In this document: piece after piece, positions 1-13,299 of the stretch
Layout of the letters: the number at the start of each line of letters is the position of its first letter
Numbering within the stretch: position 1 is the first letter of the stretch
Source: Lama glama
Taxonomy: Eukaryota
NCBI GenBank assembly: GCA_028534125.1
Contig: CM052816.1
Coordinates: 46,936,001-47,000,000 of the forward strand
DNA: 64,000 nucleotides
Reading direction: 5' to 3'
Position numbers and translations under genes: made by a program
Notes under the pieces: generated by a model
The model's input: the letters and a program-made list of their open reading frames with translations, nothing else
The model's database searches: none
Told to the model about the DNA's origin: nothing

Positions 1-1599
1 GTGTATTAAGTGATTAAAGTAAAAGCTCATTATTATGTTTTCCCTGTTACTTCACCTCTGATCTTTCAACTTTGACCTCTGCTTTTGATCCATTTCCAAA
101 GTATTAAAATATAACCACTATAAAGAACTAGCCTTTATAATAGCACAATCACCAACATGGCCCTTGGCTACTTCTGATTATTCAGGCCTTGTTATTCAGT
201 TTTAAGACTACCTTGTATTTTTTTGGTTCACTTCATATCAGTGGTGACCCAACTTTCTCTTTCAAGTAACTCTGTCAGCATTGGTCTAATTACTTTGAAC
301 ACTAAAATCATTAAAATAATTTAAAATTCTATTTTTTGCAACTATGCGTGTAAAAGGCAATAAGTAAAAAAATGTTAAAAAAACTATGTTAAGGTAGAGG
401 ATGATATAGGTGATTATTTCCAGCATATTCTTGAATATTATTGCTATGTCAACAGTAACTAATATCTACACATATGTATGTAAATTACTGCAATGGATAA
501 AAATATCCACTAAGTTAAAAATTCGAGTTAATAATGATACTTTGAAAGCATATTTCATTGATCATTCTTGGAAACTAAATCATTATTCTGAAAACTTATC
601 AGTAAAAGTAAAGTCAAAAAAGAAACATTCTATTTTTTAAGTCTCAGAAATTTGAAAATATCTTCTGTACCTTTCCACCAAATATTTAGAAATTTCCTTT
701 TCCTGCATCGGTAACCCTTCAGGCTCATTTTGTATCTGCCACAATTGTAATACCGCCTGTATTGGGGTCCCAGGGTTTTACAAGATCAATTTTGGAACAT
801 TTAGGGACCAATGAAGTAATATGGTTTTCAGTGGTAAAAGTCAATAACAAATCAGTGGTGCTATTTTTAAATGAAAGCATGAAATGATTTTCTTTAAAGG
901 TTATGCATTCATGGATTAAAAGGTAAGGGCCAAATGTGGGAGAGTGAAGACTTCACTGTTGTTTTCTGCCAGCACCTTTCAGACTTCCTACAGGACTCCC
1001 TTGGGAGAAGCTTCCTAGAAGCTTGATGCCAACTCAGAAAATCTTAAGAACTCCATAGCTTCTTATGGGCAATGAATTTTAGCTTAAATTTATAACAACT
1101 CTTGAGACATTAATGTGTAGCTTTGGGCCCCACAAGTCCATGGTCCAGGTAACTGCTCTGTACCTTTTCACTTTTGTAGACATGTGATATTGACACATCC
1201 TTCCTCAAAATGAAACCCCACATTCGGATGAATCCTGATCCAGAACTTTTCTCTGACCTAATCCACCCAGCTGCCTATTCTTGCCCCTTAGTTGTTCTCC
1301 TTACTGGTTTTGGCTCTTATCTCAACAGGAATTCTATGGCAAACTTCTTCCAAGGCACGTCTCTTCTAAAAGCAAAAGACGAGCTCCTACCCTGTCCTTC
1401 TCTCCTTGACTCTAGACATGTTCACTTATATTCGCCCAACATATTCACTTAAAATGATTACTTCTACAAACTTCCAGATGCAGCTGAAATATTCCTGTCT
1501 CCAAGAAGTCTTCCTCAAATTCCTCGGATGGAGTTAGCAGCTCTGTTGTCTTGTACAGTCATGGAACTTGGTTTACAAGTTCGTTGTAACATTTACTGT

Positions 1600-1765
1600 G
1601 TTCTCTAGTCATGTATTAACTTGCTGCTGTAGATCTCACTAGATGAAAGCTTTTCAGAGGCCGTTTATCTTTTCTCTAACATAGTTCCTGACCCTTGGTA
1701 AATATGTAATAGACATTTGTGGAAAGACTAAAAGAAATAATGAATGGGTAAATAAGTGAATGGTA
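1600..1765 (+). mobile_element. L2 LINE 3' end fragment
   Basis: 'cactagatgaaagcttttcagagg...cttggtaaatatgtaatagacatttgtggaa...aatgaatgg' resembles the L2 3' terminus. Confidence 0.6.
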
Positions 1766-2369
1766 GTGTGTATTTTTGTTTTCTCTCTGCCCAATAATTT
1801 CTTGCTGTGTTTATGGCATTTTCTTTGTTTGTTTTCATGGTTACTATGCTTTTATATTTATTAAGTGGAAGTGTGGTCTTCAAGCTAAATAAGTAGTCCT
1901 AAATTCTTAATTTCCCCTTAAATTCAACTTGAATAATCCATGCATTAGTAAAGCACTAAGGAAACTTCATTTTATGTTTGTCTCCACTGGAAATTCCCAA
2001 CTGAACTGCTACAAAAAGGCAAAAATTAGGGTTGGTCAAGATAATGATGAAATCATTTGATTTATTTTATTACAGCTTGTCATCAACATAGGCATTTGAT
2101 TTCTGACTTACTTGCTTTTCTTCCCTCTTAGTAGATGTTGGTAATCAGAGGGAAAGCAGAAATCCTGTAAGTAAAATAAATTCTAAAATATTTTCCACCA
2201 ACTTGACTGTAGGGAAGTCTGAAGCCAGAGGGTGACATTTGCATTTTGGCAACTTCGTCTTTACTCTGTCCCTCCCTCCCTACTGCTCTGATCATGCCGT
2301 ATCTGGCCCTCCTTAGTCCCTCTTTCCCTCCTAAAATGGTTTTATCTTAGCGATAGCGTGGGCTAGGAA

Positions 2370-2495
2370 GTCTGTGCAATTATGTGAGTCACAGTTTCCT
2401 CATCTTTGAAGAGGGATAATAGATCTAGATGCTTATAAAGATCACATACATAATGCACAGAAAAATTATCTGTGAATCCTAGGAAATTATATAGC
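2370..2495 (+). mobile_element. MIR SINE fragment
   Basis: MIR core 'cagtttcctcatctttgaagagggataatag'. Confidence 0.75.
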
Positions 2496-4199
2496 TGTAA
2501 GGACTTTTTTTAATTTATTCGAGGCATCACCTGTAGCACCGTAATTTAATACTTCTACTTGTGTCTCTGTGTGCTTTAAGATGACAACTAGGAAATGCAA
2601 TAACACAATGTTGTTACAATCAAGAGGTGCTTAGGGTGTGCCTTTGGGGCATTTTAGCAATAGCCATTTGAAGAGGATCTCTCTCTCTGTAGTCTAACCT
2701 TGCAGAGCCATGCACACGGGTGGGGCTTGGTGGGCAGGTGGGTGAGACTGACAGTGGGACAGACAAGGATCAGCGGTGAGGACCCAGGGAGACCAGGCAG
2801 GAAGCCACCGAACACATCTTCACCCTGAGATGGCCCTATGATCAAAGGACAAAGAAAGTAATTAGATAGTTTTCTTTTTAAAAAATTAATGTATACAGAT
2901 TATTTAGGTTGTAAACTAAGCCATTTAAAAGTGTAAACCATCAGAGTAGGAAAACCCCAAATTAACAGAAGGGTGCTTTTACCTCCACCTAGCTTTATTA
3001 TTAGTATTTCAAACCAGTACATTTAAAGGAAGATGTTACTGTAGGTTACCTTTCAAGACTGTTCATGCAAAACCAAGGGTGAAATCTAATATATTAAGTG
3101 GTATGTCTAGCAGAGTGTATATTGTGCTGTTTTTCACTTTTAGGGGAGAAAGTATATGATTAAATAAAGATATTAAAGAGAACCATGATGTACACATGCT
3201 CCCCCCACACACAATGTACTTGTTAGAGGATATGAAAGTGAATGGATTTTTATGTTAATGAAGTCAATCTTTTATGAACGTCCAGATGATTTTAATTATT
3301 TATGTACTGTAGAGTTCATAATATTTCTAATGTTAATTTTAAAACAAATATTTTGGAAATAGCCGATTTGGGGAGATTACAGAATTACAGAATATCATGG
3401 AAAAGACATTATTTAAACTTCAGTACACTGGACAGTTCCAGAGAAATGAAAAATAGCAAGATGATATAGGTGATAAATACAAATAGAGAATCAGGGAACT
3501 CTGATCTTCAGTCTTTGGTGTTTCGTCAAGAAGCAGTTTCTTTATCTATAGAAATGTCCCCCTAGCTAGCTGGGCCATGAGTGCTTAAGCAATAAGCAAT
3601 ATGTTTTCCCATACATTTATTTTAACTTTACCCTCCTCAAAAATGGATTCTGTTTAAAATATACAGTTTGGAAAAATTAAAAGGAAGTAGAAAAGTAGGA
3701 AAAATCGCTTAAAGAAATTACGTACTTCCTAGGTGAGGTGTGGGAAATTTTGCTTATTCTAATGTCATTTGAAAATTTTATTGCATTGTAGCTCATTGCC
3801 TTGTTAAATCATTTTGCTCAAGACTCTCTGAAATGGTGAATGGTCAGTAATTATTCATCAGTTTATTATTCATTTCAAAATCCAGATCATTTTGCCTGAT
3901 GCATAGTAGGTGCTCCATAAATGGATTTTAAATGGATAAATACATAATAACATTTTATATGTTTGAAGCCATTTTATACATATTGTGTCAGGTTTTTTTT
4001 TTAACCTCTTTCTGCATGTGTGATTATTGCCCCACTTTTGAAATGGTAAAATTAATTTTGTCTTTCTTCTAGGGTCTGCTGGTCTGAGATGAGAGCTCTG
4101 ACTAAGATCAGTTCAAATTAACCCCAGGGTAGACTGTTGTTGAGTCTCAGAGGAGGCAGACCCGTATGTTGGTAGCCATGCCGGCCTCCCTCCCTCCCT

Positions 4200-5080
4200 G
4201 TGATCAGGACCTCCTCCCTCTCCCACTGCCTTTCTGATCTCACCTCCTATGACTGTCCCTCTTGCTCCACGCCGGCTACACTGGCCTCCTTGCTGTTTTA
4301 ACGCTCCAGGTATGTTCCACATTAGGGCTTTCTCACTAGCTGTTTCTTCTGCCTGAAGCCTTCTTCCCACGGCTATCTGCTTAAACTCCCCCATCTCTCG
4401 TCTTCTCAGCCTACACTCTGCAGACATCACTACCATTCACCAGTCTCCAGTTCCCCTCTACCACTGGGCAGATCACACGTCCTTTCTCCCTTGAAGTTAG
4501 ACAAGGACATACGACTTGCTCTGGCCAAAGAAATATGAGCGGAGGGGACTTGTGACACTTGCAGATGCATGTTTTAAAGTCCTGTGTACAGTTCTCTATG
4601 CTCCCTTCCCCATGTCCCTGCCATTGGCAGCCTTTCAGATGATGGGGTTGCTATCAGCCTGGGTCCCTGCGTGAGGATGACGTGGGCAGTGCTGCCCCCA
4701 ACCTGTGATGGGTATGTTGCATGAGCCAGAAATGCACCTTTGCCGTTTTAAGCTGCTGAGATTCGGGAGTTGTTTGTGCTGCAGCTTAACCTCGCTAATC
4801 ACGAATAGCACCTGAATCTATTGTCATTCAACACTGCAACTTGTCCCCCACCCCCAGACCAAGACCTTCTTTTCCTTTGCTCTACCTTTCATGGCACTTC
4901 TCACATTCTAACAAGGCATGAGATACTTTACTTGCTATGTTTATTTTAACATTTTCTCTATCCTCCCTCATCCCCCATACACATACTAGAATGTAAGCTC
5001 CATGGGGTTAGGGCTCTTTGTCTGTGTTGTTCAATGATGTGAACATAAGTCATTCAAGAAGTATTTATTGAATGAATGAC
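4200..5080 (+). mobile_element. L2 LINE 3' part, interrupted by an MLT1 LTR at ~4435-4810
   Basis: Pyrimidine-rich L2 body ('cactggcctccttgctgttt') and L2 terminus 'ctagaatgtaagctccatgggg...tatttattgaatgaatgac'. Confidence 0.8.
4435..4810 (+). mobile_element. MaLR solo LTR (MLT1I/J-like)
   Basis: 'gacttgctctggccaaagaaatatgagcggag', 'tcagcctgggtccctg', 'ttttaagctgctgagattcgggagttgtttgt' are typical old MLT1 motifs. Confidence 0.8.
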
Positions 5081-5488
5081 TCTTAAGCACCACCATGGAC
5101 TGTTCTGAATGTTGGGGAGGCAGAGAGGAAACACCTTCCCTGCCCTGCTCAAACCTTATAACTGATGCAGAGAGGATAACATACTTACATGAGAAGAGCA
5201 GAGGGGCAGCCATGCTTCTGCTGGGAGGCATCAGTGGCCACTTTGCTTTGCCTAGCAATGTATGTTAAGGGATGGCTGTTAAGGGAGGCCTACAGACAGA
5301 TGATGTTGAGTTGGTATTCGATGGCTTATTAAGGTAGGCTCAGGCAGACAAGGGAGCAGGGTATTTGAGGCAGGGAACAGCATGTCCTCAGAATGAGGAA
5401 TAAGAAATAACATGGATTATTTCAGGAGTTGCAGATAGTTTGGAATTGCTGAAGTTCCATATCCAGAGGCTGGAAAGGTGGAAGGAGG

Positions 5489-5981
5489 TAGTGATGGTTG
5501 ATCTTATATGTCAACTTGACTGGGCTAAGGGATGCCTAAATAGCTGGTAAAAACTTATTTCTAGGGGTGTCTGTGAAGGTGTTCCCAGGAGAGATGAGCA
5601 TTTGAACTGGTGAACCAAGTAAAGCAGACGGTCCTCCTCAGTGTGGGTGTGTATTGTGTGGTCCAGCCAGGGCCCGAAGAGAACAAAAGGGTGGAGGAAG
5701 GGCAGATATGCTTCCTCTGCTTGAGTTAAGATACTGACCTTCTCCTGCCCTTGGCTTTTGGACTCAGATGGGGGCTCACACCATCAACCCCCAAACCTTA
5801 GGCCTTTGGACTTGTACTGAATTGCATCACTGTCTTTCCAAATTCTCCAGCTTATAGGTAGCAGGTCATGGGACTTCTTGGCCTCCATAATTGTGCAAAC
5901 CAATTCCTGTAATAAATCGCTTATATATTTTCTGTATATATCCTTTTGATTTTGTTTCTCTGGAGGACCCTGGCTAACACA
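5489..5981 (+). mobile_element. ERVL LTR (MLT2 family)
   Basis: Starts 'gtgatggttgatcttatatgtcaacttgactgggctaagggatgcc', has AATAAA at ~5911 and ends 'tttctctggaggaccctggctaacaca'. Confidence 0.9.
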
Positions 5982-6090
5982 GATTTGGGTACTGAGAGTG
6001 GAGTATGTTGACATATCCCTCTAAGATGAAGGACAAGTTGTTGCATCTGGCTCTGCCTACAACCAAGTAAGAGACACAATGCCTAGGATG
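5982..6090 (+). mobile_element. ERVL internal remnant (leader plus degraded pol fragment)
   Basis: 'gatttgggtactgagagtgg' follows the LTR, then a stretch translating to KMKDKLLHLALPTTK*ETQCL, which resembles the ERVL pol motif KVKDKLLHLAPPTTKKEAQ. Confidence 0.75.
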
Positions 6091-6099
6091 TACCGAAGG

Positions 6100-6450
6100 C
6101 TGTATATGGCCTGTAGCTGAGAACCTGTGAGATCGAACATGTCGTGTGTTTCTAAAATACAACGATGGGGCAGGGATAAGATGCACATTCCCATTCCGAA
6201 AGGGAGAAAGAGAAAGCAGAAAGGAGTAACAGGTCCAAGGCCAGCCAACCCAATGGGATAAACGACACTAAGTCTCAAGGCTTGAGAACAATCCTTCTTG
6301 GATCCATGCCTCACCCTCCGGACATACTGGAGTCCGAGTTGGGCCCTCACAGCTCTGGGTGATCCCACCCCAAGGCTTTGCTACTAGTCAATAGACAACA
6401 GAAATTGATTTATCACAGTTCTGGAGGCTGGGAAGCCCAAGCTCACAGAG
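6100..6450 (-). mobile_element. MaLR (MLT1) internal fragment plus LTR piece
   Basis: 'cacattcccattccgaagggagaaag' (MLT-int antisense) then 'caacagaaattgatttatcacagttctggaggctgggaagcccaag' (MLT1 LTR antisense). Confidence 0.75.
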
Positions 6451-7094
6451 CACAGGCAGATTTGACATCCGATGGTGTGAGTCCTAATCTGAGTCTGAAA
6501 GTAGCATTGCGGTGGATAAGGAGCAAGAAGGGCACTGACAGCTTTTTCCTTCTTTTTTGTTTTATCATTTAGAAGCCAAATTCCTGGATGGTGCTTTTGA
6601 AAAGGAATAAGCATTAAGTGAACTTAACCAAGTAAAATTTATGACACTGACAGTTATAGTCCCACAGTCAATGTTCTCAGAAAACCTTTTTTTCACTATT
6701 AATTTATTTTATAAAAATATTGGAGACGTGCAAAAATTTTTTTTTCCAAATATCATATTGAAATTTATTTGTCATTCACATTGGACTAACATCTCTAATT
6801 CACAGAATTTCACTAATTTTATAATTTCTCCAATCAGAGTGTGAAACCTATGAAAAACTGAAAATGTGCCTTGTAATGTCAATAAATGTTATGACTCAGC
6901 TATTGTAAATATCACTAAAATTATCATCCTTCTTTCTGTTCCTTCAACAAGGCAGCGTGTCCCTGCATCACAGCCTCCGCACTGCTGTGCCTCCTAGGTC
7001 CCCCTGCCCCAGATTTCCGTGTGGCGGGCGCTTCTCCTCCATCAGGTCTCAGCTCTATTCAGGATTCCCAGGGCCGAGGGCAATGCGTGGGTTA

Positions 7095-7285
7095 GGAGAT
7101 GATGGCTAACGCTCGTGTTGTTTGCCATTGGCCCGGCCCTGTTCTCAACAATATACAGATATTAATGTGTTTCATTTTCTCATCAATTCTGTGAGGTAGG
7201 CACAGATAAAACCTCCACTGATGGGTGAGAAAACCGAGGTGCTTAGGTAATGAAGGCCCTGCCTCTGCTAGTAAGTGGACAGGCC
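7095..7285 (-). mobile_element. MIR SINE
   Basis: 'tctgtgaggtagg...gtgagaaaaccgagg...gctagtaagtgg'. Confidence 0.7.
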
Positions 7286-7291
7286 TTAGAG

Positions 7292-7470
7292 CAGTGCTTC
7301 TCCGATATCAGAGAATCACTAGGGGGCTTGTTAAAACAGAAGTTGTTGCCCCCACCCTGTGTTTGTGATTCAGCAGATCTGGGGTGAGGCCCAAGAATTT
7401 TCATTTCCAACAAGTTCCTAAAGGATGTTGATGCTGCTGTTCCAGGAACCACCCTCTGAGATACAATACC
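7292..7470. mobile_element. MER5A-like hAT-Charlie MITE
   Basis: 'cagtgcttctc...gattcagcagatctggggtgaggcccaagaattttcatttccaacaagttcc...gatgctgctgttccaggaaccacc'. Confidence 0.85.
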
Positions 7471-7471
7471 A

Positions 7472-7670
7472 TAGAGTTTACAGAGCATTTTCTCACATTA
7501 TCTATCTTAATGCTCACATTCCCATAACCCACTACTATGCCCATTTTGTTGATGAGGAAACTGAGGCTTGACAAACTTGATCAGCCTTCCTCAGACCACA
7601 GATGGAGTGAGTGGAAAAACTGCTTAGACACAAGTCTGGGTCTTAATCAGTGCTCTTGGTACTGCCATAA
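7472..7670 (-). mobile_element. MIR SINE
   Basis: Core 'cccattttgttgatgaggaaactgaggct'. Confidence 0.8.
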
Positions 7671-10235
7671 GAAGCCTCTATATGGTATTGAATTTTTAAA
7701 AATAGTGCACCAGTAGATCAATTGTGAAGACTTCATGAATTTGACAGATAAACAAAGAAACCCCAAGGGAATATGAGGAACTTACATCTTCTACTCTGTT
7801 TCAACTTAATTAATCTGTGTAACCAAGATGGTTTCTAGACAAGCTAACTGGGCGGAAATTTATTTTTATTCTCACGTAGATCTGCCATAAGTATAATCCA
7901 GTCACTTTCCCTTTTGTTTAATATAATCAGAGGCAGATAATAGCATTGCAAGTGGAGTTTATCTGGCTCGGATTGCTATTAAAGAAACCTTGCAAATGAA
8001 AGGAGAAATTCAAGAGTATTTATTGAAAATTGCAATATTTTAATATTTATCATATAACCCCTCCTAAAAAATCAGACACTTGTTCTAAAAACAACTTCTG
8101 GAAATCTTACTCATGACAATTTTCACTAAAATTTATGAAGAAATACTTGGATTACTTTTCTTAGACAGCAAAGCTACTACACACAAGAGACTTGAAACCA
8201 CAGCACTTTGTTTTCCTCAGGTGTTCTCAGGCATTAACATTCTGAGGCCATATTCTTACGACGAAGACTAATAAGAAGAGAAAACGGCACACCATGGATC
8301 TGTTTTAGTGATAAAGATAGGAGTGGGAAATGGTGAAAATCTGCCTTGTTCTCATTACTACAGTGCTAAGGCCGTCATCAATTATCATCACTCACCAGCT
8401 CCCTAACGTGAGGCTTTGTTGGTAGCTTCTCTTCAACGCAAACTCGGCTCCTTTAATCCAGAGGGCATGTGAGATACATGTGGAAACACATCGCTGATGC
8501 TCCCATTCTCCTCACTTACGAAAGCACATGCTGGAAAAGAAGTGATGTCCGCACACAATAGCAAGTTTTCTCTAAGACAATCCTTTGTTTTACGGCCCAT
8601 CACCTTATAGGCAAATTAGACAATGTCCCAAGCATTTACATTGACCTGGATTTCATTCTTCACTTTGCAGAATTGTTCTTTGGTCCTTGCCCAGTGTGCC
8701 AAGATGTCGGGACACTGCTGCCTGGCCCTTTGCTGACGGCCTCGTGTTCATTTTTGCTCAGTGTAACTTGACTCATTTCTTTTCTTCCTTTCTTAGTGTC
8801 CCTCCTTTTCTCTCTCCTCCTTCTCTTCTCCTCTTTTTTTTTTTTTTTTTTTTGCAAATAATGATTGGACTCATGATTTCTAGATTCGCAAAGAAACATA
8901 GTCATGCTGGAAAGTTTGCGATGATGAAAGTGTCTACTAGACGAACAAAGAACATGTATTGGAAAAAGGACATAAGCTGAGGGCTGAGGGTCAAAGTCTG
9001 GAGTCACACATAGAAAAGAGACAGTTAAAGCTTTGGGACTGGGTGAGTTCTGAGACAGAGGTTGGATCAATGAACTGTGAGCTATGACGGCAGTTAGAAA
9101 TTGGGAGGAGCCAGATTAGGAGCCAAAGATACCAAACATTCTTCTCACAGTTTGTGACACTGTTAGAATTTTCATATGTCCAGTTGAATTTGACTCTTAT
9201 TTGCACATGTCTTTGGGTGGAGTTTGAGAAATAATTTGTTTTTATTTCAGCAACTTTTACTGTGAAGTACCTCTACTGCTTTAAGTTGTTGACTGAAGAA
9301 TATGTATTTATTAATAATAGCTAGTATCTTTGACTTCCTCATGGTTCTCACATAGGGGGAATCATTGCATTAAAACTAAAGTTAATGCTAGAGCTTGGTA
9401 GAATTAAGCTTTTATTAATTAATTCTATTAATTAAATTTTATTAACCTTTCAGCTGCCCTGCTTTTGGAAACTAGCAAAATTGTATAAAAAGTTACTTTC
9501 TATAATGAGTTAATTTTCTTTTATGAAATGGACTTGATATTAAGACTATCAATGCAAGTAAAAGAGATTAAAAATATGGTGCAGAAATATCTTCTTGGTG
9601 TCCCCTGGCAAAGTAAAGTCAATTTTTAGAGGCAGTTAATAGTTTTCTAAGGCTCTTTTGCACACATAAATGAGAATTGTTGATTGAGGAAGTGTTCAGG
9701 AATTCCCTGAGGAAGCGTCAGGGCATTTTTGTACATAAGCACTGTCCTGTTGCACTGAGTTACCCAGGTAGGCCTTAGGTGGTGTGTACAGCTGATGTGA
9801 CAATCAGACCAAACACTGTGGGTGGCCGAAGAGCCCTCTCACACTTCGGCCAGAGGGGATGGGACACATCACAGAGATCATTTGGAATGTATTACTTTTA
9901 CTCAGTCCTCTGCTTTGAGAGAAAAATGTGGAGGCGAGGAGTTTGGTCAAAAGTGAAATTAAATATTTTTGTCTTGTGTTGTTTCTTGGTATCACTGATT
10001 TCCCCCTTTTCTTCCACTTTTAAATCATTCTGGATTTATTGTATGGAAAACAACTATACATCCTTGCTTATCTGCAAGAATGTAATGAGAAAGATATAAA
10101 ATGTAGTTGTAATTTTATATGTATTGTGTGACAATTTTATTAAGTATGTTACTTGGTTACTTTTACAGATTTTCATGGTAATGTGATGTGTGTTACACAG
10201 GCCATGTCTTCTCTAATGTGCTACATTGTGACCTA

Positions 10236-10475
10236 ATATAAATAGGTAACATTTATTGAGCTCTTACTATGCCCTAAGTGCTTTACACTTATTATTTTAT
10301 TTGATCCTCACAGCAGCCATATGAGTTAGGTACCGTTATTCTTTATTTGCAGAATAAGAAACTGAGACACAGAGTGGTTATGTAACCCGTCCAAGGTGAC
10401 ACAGCTAGTAAGTAGCAGAGGAGGATTTAAACATGCATCTCTGAGTTTATAGCCAGAGCTTTTAACTACTATCCA
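10236..10475 (-). mobile_element. Near full-length MIR SINE
   Basis: 'aacatttattgagctcttactatgcc...gaaactgagacacagag...ccaaggtgacacagctagtaagtagcagag'. Confidence 0.9.
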
Positions 10476-10654
10476 GGCACCAGACATTCTATGAGCTTTC
10501 TCCTACCATGTTTCTTTATTTTCTGCTTTTTAAAATCTTGAAACTGTGAAACTGAGAACAAATAGGTCAATGGAAGAAGGGGACTCGCCTATAATATTTT
10601 CTTGTTGTTCTCTTACTATTTCCTGAATGGCTACATCTGTAATCAGCTAATTGT

Positions 10655-10915
10655 TAGTAGTAATAGATACATGGTGCTTGATATATGTCAGTATTGTCGT
10701 TTGAAGTATATTTTGTGTTTCAGCTCATTTAATTCTCATAAAAGCCTCATGAGATGGGCATTTTTATCATCTTCCTTTTACAGATGAGAAAACTGAACAC
10801 AGAGAGCTTAAGTAATGTGCGCAAGGTCACACAGTTATTAAGTGACAGCGTCAGGGTTCAGATTCCAGCCATCTAACCCCAGAGTCCATGTTCTTAACCA
10901 CTAGCATGCTGCTCC
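10655..10915 (-). mobile_element. Near full-length MIR SINE
   Basis: 'ttttacagatgagaaaactgaacacagagagcttaagtaatgtgcgcaaggtcacacag...ttcttaaccacta'. Confidence 0.9.
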
Positions 10916-13299
10916 TTTAGTTTTAATTTGTTTTCTTAAAAACTATATCTTTTTTACATAATAATTTTGATGATGACAAATTAAACAATCAAAATTAGTT
11001 TGGGCTGTATAAAGACTAAGATATATTTCACACCTCCCTCCCCAATTTGTTTTAAAAGCTAAGATGGTAAGGACTGGGATAATAAACTTATTCTTTGTAT
11101 TAAATAATAATTGTGCTTCATAGAGACCCTTAGAGTCCTTTTGCTTGTTATGTGTCTATTGAATCAGCTCATACTTGGGGCATGGATATGTGTGTCCTCA
11201 CTCACTAAAAGCACAGAAGAATATTTGAATTTAGCTCAAATATTGTTGGAATAGAATCTGCTCCTGATCCTATTTGAAAACTGTATCACTAAACTTAGAG
11301 TATTGCATGAATCATCTTTTTACAAATATAGAAATATTGGGATCCCTTAATCAATGCATATCATTCTGCATTAGAGGGTTGCCATAGGAGCGAAAGAAGC
11401 TTTCCTTGTAAAACTGTTCAGTGCTCAACAAATGAGCCAATTTATGTGATAGTAGGCAACTCTTTTTAAATAACATTTAAAACTGAGTGTTTTAGAAAAA
11501 AATGCTTATCAACTTATCTTCTAGGAAAAAATTACCAAAACAATGGTTGGGAATAATCCTAGAAATTAGAGCAGGAAGTCCTTTCTGCAAAGTCATGGTG
11601 ACACTGCTGAAGTGGAGAAAATGCCCATGGCGTATGTCCATGTGGCTCTTTGTTGACTGTGTCCCCAGCCAAAGTACCAGTGCCTGAAATCCAGAGAATC
11701 AAGGAGTGGCTGAGCCTGGAATCCCGTCTCTCTAAGAGACATGGCAAACGCCAACATTTGAAAAAGAATTTTAGACACTGGGGTCAGAAATCATGTCCAA
11801 GTGTCTGACTTCTGTCATGGCCTCCAGTGACAAACAGAATTTTTGATAAGAAGAGTTCTCCTTAATATTAGTGCGTAGTGGAAATAAAGTTTTCAAGTGA
11901 ATTACTTAAGTAACAGGCAGTTCATACTTACTATGCTCTACTATTGGGTCATCTTCTTCCCATTCATTATATTACTTAGATTTGGAAATCTTTCCATTTT
12001 CAAAATTAATTTTTGCAATATTACTTTAGTGATCAGCCAAACAGAGATCCAGATGTGACTATTCATTTTAAAATCATTGTAACCTTCTTTAAATTCACAG
12101 GATCTGAAACATGATGCATCACTTAGCATGTTTGTTTATGGTGATAAAATTTCCCCAGGCTTTCAATACTTTGAAATTTCTAATAAACTTTTAACATGAA
12201 AATAACTTTTACTGATTAACTCTTTGATGTTAGCATTTTAAGTGGCTTTGATTCAAAGGTATTCAGAATTAATTATATAGGATAACCGGTAACGTATATG
12301 TAGTGACAAGATAGCCCATTCTAATCATTTGCAGGATGCAAAAGTAATTATATAATTATACAAGTAGATTTATTTCTTCATTATAAGAAGGACTATAACA
12401 CAGACAGCTTTACTTTATCATAACTTTGAAAATTCTTTGGGATTTTTATTATATACGAACTAATGAATAACGAAATATCCTTTAGTCTTTCATCCCTTGA
12501 ACATAGATTTTAGACAACTTTCTGTGTAGGAATATGAATCATCTAGCAGGGGGATTTTTTTGCTAGCCACGTGTATCCCTGTAGTGATAGGAGGCATTAA
12601 ACTGAAGCTAGAAGGAAATTCCTTACTTTCATATGATCTTCAAATAATTTTAAACCAACTAAATTCTTTTCAAGCTCGAATTTCCTATGTTCCAATAACC
12701 CTAGGCTCTTTTTTGAATCTTGTTATCATAGGATATGTGATTTTAGAAATGTTTTTATTTAAGTTGTAAAATAAAATGTACCCCTGCTATAGCATGGCTA
12801 TCGCCTGCCTTTGGATTTAACATGAGCCAGTCTTCTCTCAGCTAACACCGTTGTGAGAACGGAGTTCCCATGGAATCACAAAAGCTGAGAGCTCTATTTT
12901 GTATGAAGTCTGTTACTGTTTCTACAATGGAGGCTTGTTCTTTCATAGTGGATTCCAAGAGAGTGAGATGGATTAGGTCCCACCAACTCAAGTTCAGTGA
13001 TTAGTGACAGACCAGAAGATTAGTGATAGACTTGAATGGTGGCCCATGTCTGCACTAAGAAACAAAGTCAAGAAGGTTATTTGGAGATTTGATCAATACA
13101 GGTGTTTCTTTTTTTTTCTGAGTTAATGACTCAATTCTCCATTTACAGTAGTTGGTGTTATCAGTTCAGTGTATTGGAATCTTGTTTCTTTAAAAATAGG
13201 AGTTTATAGCAATAGTCCATCATTACTAATTAATCCGTTTTACGGGAATGACCCCAAAGGGTCAGAGAAGGGTTGTATTTAAACAAAGTCAATCATCCA

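Noticed and set aside
8660..9070. 136-aa ORF with a K/R/E-rich stretch, and its poly-F antisense partner
   Set aside because: Artefact of the poly-T/pyrimidine tract at ~8775-8855
10169..10177. 9-nt plus-strand microexon (tttacag|ATTTTCATG|gtaatg)
   Set aside because: The donor is moderate, there is no nearby TGC enhancer, and such a match is expected by chance in 64 kb
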